From positions 18,724,001 through 18,788,000 of the forward strand of contig NC_043022.1 of NCBI RefSeq assembly GCF_006345805.1: a stretch of DNA of 64,000 nucleotides, written 5' to 3'. Positions within the stretch are counted from its first letter, which is position 1; each line of letters starts with the position of its first letter. Both the position numbers and the translations under genes were made by a program. Shown piece by piece: positions 47,585-58,269 of this stretch. The notes beneath the pieces were generated by a model, which saw only the letters and a program-made list of their open reading frames with translations, searched no databases and had not been told where the DNA came from. The stretch comes from Octopus sinensis. Its lineage: Eukaryota.

Positions 47585-48238
47585 GTAAGTTAATTTTCGT
47601 GTTTTAGTTACAACGCAATGTATTTAATTAAATTGTGTCTGTGGAGAGTCATTCTGTTTTAATGCCTTATTAATTAACACACCTGTAACAAGATGGATAT
47701 TATAAAAAGTTTAAGCCCCGGTCATGATGACTTTAAGGAAAATGGATATCTTTTGGTGGAATTTTACAGAAACAACTTCCAAACAGCATAAAATACGATT
47801 ATAATAAATTCCGCCGAGGTCGACTTTGCCTTTCATCCTTTCGGGGTCGATAAATTAAGTACCAGTTGCGTACTGGGTCGATCTAATCGACTGGACCCCT
47901 CCCACCAAATTTATACGCACACACTAAATACACACAGTCTCATATACAGTCACATACACACGCACTCACAGACAGAGTCACACGCACACAAAATATCGTC
48001 TGCTTAGGTAGTCTTTGTCAGGAGAAGGGCTGCGCTCATATTTAGTTAGACGCACGACTCTCGAAAAAGGACCAGGTGGTCTTTCGTAATAGCTAGAAAT
48101 AACAGCCAAATCTCTCTTTTTCTTTTAGTTTTTTCCCTCTCTTTCTTTAATTATTTGCTAACAGATTTGGAAATAACGATAAGGAAAGAAGTTTGAATTT
48201 AAAAAGAATTCAAATGATTAAATGTACAAAAATAAATA

Positions 48239-48632
48239 CATTGGCGAAAAAAATTTAAGACCGATGATAAAAGTTCTATTTCTTACCAAATATTCTGTTA
48301 CTGACATCCATACAAATTATTTCCATCTTTTTACACCTTATGCAGAATTTATTTCTCTTTCGAATGATGCAGACAATAACTATTTTTATACAACTTGAAG
48401 AATTCTAATGCTAAATTAATATAAACGTTTCAAATTTACCGGCAAAATACAAAAAAGTTGTATAAAATTCTTCAAGTTGTATAAAAATAGTTATTGTCTG
48501 CATCATTCGAAAGAGAAATAAATTCTGCATAAGGTGTAAAAAGATGGAAATAATTTGTATGGATGTCAGTAACAGAATATTTGGTAAGAAATAGAACTTT
48601 TATCATCGGTCTTAGATTTCTTTTCGCCAATG
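48239..48632. mobile_element. Foldback/Tc1-like MITE with ~165-bp near-perfect inverted arms
   Basis: TA|CATTGGCGAAAA... and ...TTTTCGCCAATG; arms 48239-48404 and 48466-48632. Confidence 0.75.
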
Positions 48633-48934
48633 CACATGAAATAAAATAAAATTGAATAGCAGAACATGAGACACTTTACGACACATTTCTGAATGCTAAC
48701 AAAACAGGAAAATTATTTACATTCGACGCATCTTGTTTGTTGTTAGCGCAACGTTTCGGCTGATGGCCAAATTTCGAACCTGGGTTCTCATTCCTGAGAT
48801 AGTTTTCGAGGTTGCTGATATTATTATTATTATTCGTCATCATCATCATCATTGTCATCATTATTGTCATCATCATCATCATTGTCATTATTATTACTGT
48901 TATTGTTATTATTATTATTATTATTATTACTATT

Positions 48935-49138
48935 ACTAAGCAGTAGTTTTATTTTTATAACAAGCTTTCACTTCACTACCGATCGCAGCTCTGTGTGCCT
49001 TGGGTATGTGCTGTGGTTTGTTGTGATAATCTGATGGTTACTTTATTGAAAGTGTTTTGCGTAGGATGTGTGCAGTGTCCAGTAGTGCAATTTTCTGTAT
49101 GCTGTATATATTTGTAAGTCCTGGTGCTTTTGTTATGT
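48935..49138 (-). mobile_element. 3' end of an R4/Dong-like (RLE) non-LTR element adjoining a (TAA)n tract
   Basis: Minus-strand YSIQKIALLDTAHILRKTLSIK* matches the QK..LL.TA.ILRK.L C-terminus of RLE-clade elements. Confidence 0.65.
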
Positions 49139-49139
49139 A

Positions 49140-49531
49140 CTAGCAGTATCGCCCGGCGTTGCTCGGGTTGTAAGGGAAATAACTATATAAGCATTTTTAG
49201 AGAGTTATAGCCAAAAAATAGCAAAAAAAATGCATTAAAAATTGAAAAAAATTAAGGTAAATTTTTTTAAAATCGTTGACACATCGTAGATATTTTTAGA
49301 GAGTTACTTCCCTTATATAAAAGCGAAAAAATGCATTAAAATGGAAAAATATGATGGTAAATTTTTTAAAATCGTAGACTCATCGTAGACGCACGCTAAT
49401 ACCCAGAAGGGCTCGATATGAATCACGACTATAAGATACCCGCTTTTGGTTAAACTGCACCGCAAAATGTGGGAGTAGTTAGGAATCTAAATCGTAGGAG
49501 ACAGACACACAACTTCACTCTTATATAAAGA
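49140..49531 (-). mobile_element. Non-autonomous Helitron-like element
   Basis: Minus strand starts TC, ends with hairpin cccgagcaacgccggg + CTAG, and sits between A and T. Confidence 0.72.
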
Positions 49532-50304
49532 TGCTTTTTTTTTTCAGTCATAGTGTTAGATTTATGAAGGTCTTCAGTAGAAAATCCTTCGAATTCTGAC
49601 TCGCTGCTTGATATAATGAAATTCGTATCCATTTTTTGTCAGAATTACAAATTTTGAAAACACAATAGGAACAAATTTCGGAAAAAAATCTCCCATAATT
49701 CGGAATTAAAATTACACTTCGATTTTTGTACAAAACTGTATTTGAAGTGTTTACGAAGTATAATACGTGTTTTCACGAATGTACTAAAGAGATTTACTCT
49801 GATATTCTCATTTAAATATGAATAGGTAAATTCGGGCGGTTTGGTAACGAAAGGGTTTATATAAGTGTCGTCTGTTTATACATAAACACTGTTTCATAGT
49901 TTCAGTTTAGTCTTCCTCAAATCACTGTCACTAATTTACTCTCTTCCAAGAACATTTTCACTCACTGTTATCTGTTAGCTTCCCATACATTTTACTCATG
50001 TATCTATCAGCGTGATAGACAGAAACAAATATTACATTTACTTTCATTTTATTCGTTGCCCACTGTGTGTGTGCGTTTGCGTGTGGTGTAAACCAGACTA
50101 AGAAAAGCATTTGACACACACACCAGAATGTGAGTTTTCTGTAAATTTTGCTTAATTGGAGTTTAAATTTTAAAAACGGACCTGGCATGACGCGATGCGT
50201 TGTACTCTTAAAACTGCTAGGTAAATTGTAATTGAAGAAATCCTATATTGTTGATTTGTATAACTCCCAAAGGGAGGCAGATAAAATCTGCCTTTTATAA
50301 TAGA

Positions 50305-50695
50305 CTAGCAGTATCGCCCGGCGTTGCTCGGGTTGTAAGGGAAATAATTATATAAGCATTTTTAGAGATGTAAGGTATAATAGCCATCTCAATATGACTA
50401 CCCAAAGGGGGAGGGGTGTTACTGTAGCTTTTTACGTTCTGAGATTTAATAATAAATTTTAGAGAGTTACTTCCCTTATATATGTCAAAAATGGATTAAA
50501 AATGGGAAAAATTGATGGTAAAATTTTTTTTAAATCGTAGACTCATCGTAGACGCGCGCTAATACCCAGACGGTCTCGATATGAATCACGACTATAAGAT
50601 ACCCGCTTTTGGTTAAACTGCACCGCAAAATGTGGGAGTAGTTAGGAATCTAAATCGTAGGAGACAGACACACAACCTCACTTTTATATATAAGA
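50305..50695 (-). mobile_element. Second copy of the same Helitron-like element
   Basis: Same termini and body as 49140-49531. Confidence 0.72.
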
Positions 50696-50857
50696 TTTCC
50701 TCTATTTACATAATATTGAGGTCTCTTTCTTTCTTTTGTTATCTTACTGTTTTTACCAATACACATATATATATATATATAAATATATATATAGTTACAG
50801 AGATGTACTTGCATAGCAAGTGACTTGATCTGAGATCGTGTGCTGGAACGAAAACAG

Positions 50858-51115
50858 TTGCAGCGTTGAGGTGTTTATAAGCCATTTAAGAAACACACAA
50901 AAAGCGTTAGATTCACTTCAACATTTAAATTTAATTTGTCAAAATATTTTCGTCACTTTGAGACCGCGACCTGTTAGCACGATATTTTTGTCAGTGAACA
51001 GGTCGCGGTCTGAAAGCGACGAAAATATTTTGGCAAATTAAATTTAAATGTTGAAGTGAACGTAACGGTTTTTGTGTGTTTCTTAAATGGCTTACAAACA
51101 CCTTCCACGCTGCAA
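50858..51115. repeat. Long imperfect palindrome (~118-bp arms, ~21-nt loop), probable MITE
   Basis: ttgcagcg...gaccgcgacctgtt / aacaggtcgcggtc...cgctgcaa. Confidence 0.75.
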
Positions 51116-51488
51116 TATATATATACACACATATATATATATATATATGTATGTATGTATGTATGTGTGTATATGTGTATGCATGTATGTGTGTGTGTGT
51201 GCGTGTCTGTGCTTGTGATTGTCCTCCACCACTGCTTGACAACGAATGTTGGTTTGTTTACACCCCTGTCACCTAGTGGTTTGACAAAGGAAACAGATAG
51301 AATAAGTACAATGCTTACAAAAATAAAACTGGAGTTGATTCATTAAACTACAATTCTTCAAGGCATTGCCCCAGCATGGCCACAGACCAATGGCTGGAAA
51401 AAGCAGAAGAATAAAAGAATACATTCTCTGCTTTGGTCTTATGTTCAAGGCATAAGAAAGCTTGAGTTTACATGAGAAGGCCTAACAG

Positions 51489-51965
51489 ACCTGGTAGAAA
51501 CAGCAGCCAAATCTCCCTCAAATCACACCTTACTGTCTTATGTATGTATATATATATGAGCCAATGAGGGGTACCTCTACATGGTAGCTAGACCTGGTAG
51601 AAATAGCAGCCAAATTTCCCCCAAATCACACCTTACTGTCTTATCTATGTATATATGTATGTATGAGCCTATGAGGGAGACCCCTACATGGCAGCTAGAC
51701 CTGGTAGAAATAGCAGCCAAATTTCCCCCAAATCACACCTTACTGTCTTATCTATGTATAGATGTATGTATGAGCCTATGAGGGAGACCCCTACATGGCA
51801 GCTAGACCTGGTAGAAATAGCAGCCAAATTTCCCCCAAATCACACCTTACTGTCTTATCTATGTATATATGTATGTATGAGCCTATGAGGGAGACCCCTA
51901 CATGGCAGCTAGACATGGTAGAAATAGCAGCCAAATCTCCCTCAAATCACACCTTACTGTCTTAT
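51489..51965. repeat. 107-bp tandem repeat, ~4.5 copies
   Basis: agacctggtagaaatagcagccaaatttcccccaaatcacaccttactgtcttat recurs at 107-bp spacing. Confidence 0.9.
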
Positions 51966-52017
51966 CTTTCTGCTACTTATGTTCGTCGTAAAAAACTTTC
52001 CTGTCACACACTCACGC

Positions 52018-52053
<36 letters not shown>

Positions 52054-52066
52054 GCGCACCCTCACA

Positions 52067-52101
<35 letters not shown>

Positions 52102-52753
52102 TCACACACACGCACGTTAGCTTACAATTTTATTTATATATTTGCGTGTCTGTGCTGAAAGAGGAAGTGGGAGGCAGAGTGAAAGAATCACTCACTACAG
52201 TAAGTAAATTACTTTCCTTTATATTCGCTGCCCACTGTGTGTGGTGCGTATGCGTGTGGTGTAAACCAGACTAAGAAAAGCATTTGACACACACACCAGA
52301 ATGTGAGTTTTCTGTAATTTTGCTTAATTGGAGTTTAATTTTAAAAACTGGACCTGGCATGACGCGATGCATTGTACTCTTAAAATTGCTAGGTAAATTG
52401 TAATTGAAGAAATCCTATATTGTAGATTTGTATAACTCCCAAAGGGAGGCAGATAAAATCTGCCTTTTATAATAAGAGATTTGTCTGAATATTTTTATTA
52501 TTGTTATTGTTCGGGTCACTACTTCGAATCGAACTCGGGATCTTGTGGTTAAGGCCCGCGGGCATATGGCGTAGTGGTTAAGAGCGCGGGCACTAACCCC
52601 ACGATTCCGAGTTCGATTCCAAGCAGTGACCTGAACAATAACAATAACAACAACAACAACAGCAATAATAATAATTTTAATAATAATAATAATAATAATA
52701 ATAACATCGAAAAATATCTTAGGAATGAGAACCCAGGTTCGAAATTTTCCCAA

Positions 52754-52799
52754 GACACCTGAAGAAGGCTGGAGGGTGTATCAGCCGAAACGTTGTGTT
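52754..52799 (+). ncRNA. Minimal type I hammerhead-ribozyme-like motif (Penelope-associated)
   Basis: gacac-CTGAAGA-a-ggctg(10 nt)cagcc-GAA-ACGT-T-gtgtt: stem I GACAC/GUGUU, stem II GGCUG/CAGCC, palindromic stem III ACGU; degenerate copy at ~1186-1232. Confidence 0.55.
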
Positions 52800-53009
52800 A
52801 ACAACAAGCATGATGAGGACAATTATCCGTCGATTGTAAGTAATGTGAATAATTCCTCATCTCTTAAATGTAGAACTGTATTATAACAGGAAAAGTTTTT
52901 ACTTGGTCAAGAAATGTGTTTGTTCTGTTTGTGAAGACGGTTAGCATTGTGAGTACTGTTGCGTTGACTATTTGAGAAATTTGTAACATATACACCATTA
53001 CTCTTCAGC

Positions 53010-53900
53010 TATGGGGAATACGAATCTGCCAAAAATATTGGCAAAAATGGACATTTCTAAATTAAAACCCACCAACCCCATCCCCGCACCCATTTCCTTC
53101 AAATTTAATTTTTTTCAGAATTTCTTTTTTTCCTCAAAATATGCGGAAAAATACGGAGATTATAATTCTGAAAAAATTTCCAAAATTCTTACTAAAATTT
53201 TTTTTAAGAATTTTTTCTTTTCTAAATATGCGGTAAAATATGGACATCATGATTCAGACAAAAATTTCAAAACATTTCTCTACTTACGGTTTTAGGGCTT
53301 TACGGTTAGGGTCAGGGTTTTAGGGTTAGTATTGCGGAAAAAGTCAAAATTGAAGAAGTTGGGGGTGGGGAAAGAGAGGGAAAATTTTTCAAAATGCCTA
53401 TTTTTAGCAATTTCCCGGAACTTCCATGTCCAAAAACGGGATTTTTGGCAAAAAATAATTGTTTAAATGGTGGGTGGGGGACGGGCGGAAGTCTTTGGAA
53501 AGTTTAATAAATTTTAGATTCATTTAATATTCATTTCAGTAATAGAAAAAGGTTTTAAGAAAGATCCCAACTGTGGAGATGTGATAAAAATAACAGCTAA
53601 ATCGCCATTAACCTTTTTCCCGTAGTGAAACCATATTCAACCAATCCCCCCCACTCCCCCTCCCCCAAATTCTTCAATTTTGACTTTTTCCCCAACACTA
53701 ACCGTAACCGTAACCATAAAACCCTAACCGTAACTTCAGAAATATTTTGAAATTTTTGTCCAAATCATAATGTCTGTATTTTTCCTCATATTTAGAAGGA
53801 AAAAAATTCTTCAAAAAGAATTTTACAAAAATTTTTGGAAATTATTTTTTAGAATCATAATCTCTATATTTTTCCGTATATTTTGAAAAGAAAAATTCCT
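53010..53900. mobile_element. Non-autonomous DNA element with telomere-like (TAACCC/TTAGGG) subrepeats, present as an inverted pair; another copy at ~46000-46340
   Basis: 53290-53500 is the reverse complement of 46120-46340; 53050-53350 is mirrored at 53640-53900. Confidence 0.6.
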
Positions 53901-54554
53901 GAAAAAACTTACCATTCCACAAGGCAGGGTAGGAATGTGTCATATAACACATCTTTTGCTCTTTGTATTGTTGAGAAAAGTTTGTATTTTCAAAGTTATT
54001 TCGTGTTAAAGTTGTCGTATTTCGGTAATTTCAACCAATCAATGACATGTATTGATGTCGTTGTATAGCACCAAGTCAGACCTGTGCCAGCATGCCTATA
54101 ATCAATAAGCATTCCAGCCTTGACCATCCTGTCTTTCATTCATACTTAGGATTACAATATGTGTGTCCTTCCCATTTTGTAGATAGCACAATGTGGCATG
54201 AGTGAGATTTCACTTTTATTTCTAATCATTTGAGTGAGTGTTGTAATACTTCTTCAAAGCTGTTGTTGATGTTGTTGTCGTTGCTTGACCCTTGGGCAGT
54301 TCTACCATAAACAAGAGTTTGATAAATAGCTCTCCAGCTACGAGCATCCACCACAAGTTTTTAGCTGTACCTTTGTTCATACTATCCTTCCTTTTCCAAA
54401 AGATATTAGTGTCATTTTAGGGAGATTTTGTTGCTGTTTCTAGCAGGCTGAGACTCACCATGTTGAGTCATTTTATTGTTGTTTGTTTGTTTGTTCTTAT
54501 TGTCTTTCTCGATCACAACTAAAATGTCTACCTCTCTTTCTCTGACAGGCAAAA

Positions 54555-54602
54555 ATGAAAGCCCCAGCTTCCATCGTTTTCATAGTATATCTGTTTTACC
54601 AG
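54555..54602 (+). CDS. Gene B exon E1: signal peptide MKAPASIVFIVYLFYQ (acceptor at 54548/54549, so a 5'UTR exon exists upstream)
   Basis: ctctctttctctgacAG|gcaaaaATG ... taccag|GTaggt; phase 0 matches E2; basic n-region plus hydrophobic h-region. Confidence 0.78.
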
Positions 54603-57436
54603 GTAGGTGCATTTACTGTCTTGTTCAGTTTCCATAATCATTCTTTCACAGACGTATTGATTTAGTCGACCCACTAACATCCACATTCCATGTTGGCTTA
54701 GGTTGGATGCTTTGCTTCCACACCTGGAATTTCCTCTCCAGCCATGGCATGATATATCAGAATCTCTATAACCTTGGCATAGTTGGAAAACTTGGAGAAT
54801 GGTTACATGACTTTCTAAAAGACAGAAGTTATGTAGCGGTGGCCAGCTGGACCTACTCCAAGGAAGCATATGTAATGAGTGGTGTTCCACCACGGACTGT
54901 CTTGAGGCCATTGCTGCTCATAGAGGCCCTCAGCTGCTCAGATACCCACCAGACACACGGCTGGATGGATCCTTTGAGCCTTCAGAATGAGAGAACAGGA
55001 AACCATGATGGTTCTCTGGAGGACACTTGTCCTCAGCCATTTAGATTACTGCTCCCAACTGGGGTCACCATACACTGTAAAACTGACAGAACTCACAGCA
55101 ATCCAGTGAAGCTACACAAAGACGACTATCTCAATGTAACATGTCAGCCACAGGTGGGGGCTAAAAAAGTTAAGACTCTCCTCCCTAGAACGAAGGCAGG
55201 AAAGATACGCAGTAATATTCATCTGGAAAATCCTAGAAGTACTTGTACCAATCTTTGGAATTGAAAGTTGCACAAACAGCAGGACGGGGCACCACTGCAT
55301 AGTACCAAAAATCCCAACATTGCTACCAAGAAACAGGACCAAATACTGCAACAGCTTGGGCTTCAAGTGGCCACAGCTCTTCAATATCCTCTCAGAAAGC
55401 TTGAGAGACTGATATGGGGTGGATGCTGGAGCCTTCATAACAAAACTGGATCTCCTCCTATCAAGAGTTCCAAATGAACCTATCTCAAGACAAGAAATGT
55501 AGATGAGGGCAGCAACATCAAACTGCATCATTCATCAAATACCACACATTTGAGGTGGTTTAGTGAAAGTGTAGCAGTGGCCAATTTAGCTTAATGGTAT
55601 AGCACTTGGCAGAGTGTTCAACAGATATGGGTTCAAGTCCCATGTCTGTTTGTTGACAATTTTCTTTTCACTTTGTAAGAGTAATTTAAATGTTTCTGCT
55701 GTTCTAACGATGTCTCTGCATTCGAAAATAAATTATCAACTCATTTGCATCTTTATACACTTTTTGGTGCTTCTTAAAAAAACAAATATTTGTTTCTTTA
55801 TATACATGTGATTTACGTAAAAACACCTTTTGAGTGTGGTCGCTGCCAGAACCTCCTGACTGGCCCTCATGCTGGTGGCACTTAAAATCACCCACTACAC
55901 TCTCAGAGTGGTTGATGTTAGGAAGGGCATCAAGCTGTAGAAACTCTGCCAGATCAGATGGAGCCTGGTGCAGCCATCTGGCTCACCAGACCTCAGTCAA
56001 ACCGTCCAACCCATGCCAGCATGGAAAGCGGACGTTAAACAATGATGATGATATATATATATATATACATACATATGTATAAATGCACATATACATACAC
56101 GCATATAAACACATAAACATACACATATATACATGTAAGTCCGTATGTATGTATAAAAAATTAAAGGTGATGCTTTAGAACGTCATAATAATCCTCATTA
56201 TCATCATCGTTGTTGTTGTGTGTGTGTATACATTCACTTATATATAATTTCTCACCTGGCATCACACCTTCTTAGTCAGCCGATCAATTTTCATCCAACC
56301 CTCATATTTACACACACACACACACACACCATGTAAGTCATTGGTTTGTGTGCATGTCAATCATTTCACCATCCTTTTTTTAGTTAAAGACTTCCATTGC
56401 TCTCTGTGATTCATTTCTCTTTCAATTTAGGTCAGCAGAGTGTCAGGTGTTTGCCCTGAAGGTCAGTTAGAGCATGGAGACAAATGCTGTAAACCTGTTA
56501 CACATTGTCCATCAGGTAATATTTCAAATAAGTACATGTTATGCATACTGTTGTTCATTCATATAGTATATATATATATATATATAGTGTATATATATAT
56601 ATATATATATAATGTATATATATATAGATGCATACCCTTCTATGCATACCCTTCCTTCTTGGGACACAAAACCCTACTTGTGAAGACTTGTTGAGGCAAG
56701 TGGAAATCAAAAATCAAAATCGATCAGCATGAATGGAAATTGTCGCTGTGATACCAGTGCTGGTGGCACATAAGAGAACCATCCGAACGTGGCCGTTGCC
56801 AGTGCTGCCCTGACTGGCTTCTGTGCCGGTGACATGTAAAAAGCAACATCCAACCGTGGCCGTTGCCAGCCTCGCCTGGCCTCCGTGCCGGTGGCACGTA
56901 AAAAGCACCATCCGATCGTGGCCGTTTGCCAGCCTCGCCTGGCCTCCGGGCCAGTGGCACGTAAAATGCACCATCCGACCGTGGCCGTTTGCCAGACTCG
57001 TCTGGCACCTGTGCAGGTGGCACGTAAAAAGCACCCACTATACTCACTAGTGGTTGGCATTAGGAAGGGCATCCAGCCGTAGAAACATTGCCAGATCAGA
57101 CTGGGCCTGGTGCAGCCTTCTGGCTTCCCAGACCCCAGTTGCACCGTCCAACCCATGCCAGCATGGAAAGCGGACGCTAAATGATGATGATGATATATAT
57201 ATTGTGTGTACTGCCCCATGATGGTAAGATCAACAAAAAAGTACTCCATCTGGTGAGAGATAAATATCATTTACTGAACCCAAAGTATATTTTTATGAGC
57301 TATTAAAACTATGGGAAGGCAGCCAGAAGCAGTGAAAGACTTTTGACAAACAAAACAATCGGATATTTTAATAAGGGCGGAATTGAACCAATGTGTGTAT
57401 TAAATATTTTGGCATAATGACTCTCCCTAGACACAA

Positions 57437-57478
<42 letters not shown>

Positions 57479-58225
57479 TTATATATAAAAATGGAGTTGT
57501 GTGTGTGAGTGTCTGTCCCCTTCGATTTAGATTCCTAACTACTCCCACATTTTGCAGTGCAGTTTAACCAAAAGCGGGTATCTTATAGTCGTAATTCATA
57601 TCGAGCCCTTCTGGGTATTAGCGCGCGTCTACGATGAGTCTACGATTCAAAAAAAAATTTACCAGCATTTTTTCACTTTTAATGTATTTTGGTTAGGTTT
57701 GTATAAGGGAAGTAACTCTCTAAAAATGCTTATATAGTTATTTCCCTAAGACAGTCTTAAATGGCTTAAATGTTTTCATACTGTTGTGTTTATTAAATGA
57801 GTGTGAATTTGAAGCGTTCCGAGTGTTCCCTGAAAAAAATCAACATATTTTGAGGGATAAAAATAAATTAGAAGATTGAATTATTCTTTTCATCGAAAAC
57901 ATTGAAAGGCTCAATCGTTCGTAAGTTATTATATTTTAACTTGTTCTTGACTCAACCGAATAAAAAACCACAAACGTTTACATCTTTTTGTCTTCTTTTG
58001 ACACTGTACTTTGTTATGTGTTTTGAGCCTTATTCGAATTACAGATTTCATAAGTTCAGCTGTTTTCTTCAAATTTATAGAAATATGCGTTGTTGCGGAC
58101 AATATCTTTGTTTTGATTTTTCCAAAAGTATGGATAAAATGGAATGCAATTTCGTCAAAATTAACGCTTAAACAAGTTATTCATCAAATTTCTATCCACC
58201 CGAGCAAAGCCGGGTCAATCTGCTA

Positions 58226-58269
<44 letters not shown>

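Noticed and set aside
54460-54522. ATG-initiated hydrophobic peptide MLSHFIVVCLFVLIVFLDHN as gene B signal peptide
   Set aside because: Ends in a stop with no donor and derives from a TTTG repeat; the exon at 54555-54602 fits phase and splice signals.
55579-55650. tRNA-like sequence (A/B-box-like); also SINE heads at 3917, 52565 and 59723
   Set aside because: No convincing cloverleaf (acceptor stem does not pair); treated as SINE or pseudogene remnants, not tRNA genes.
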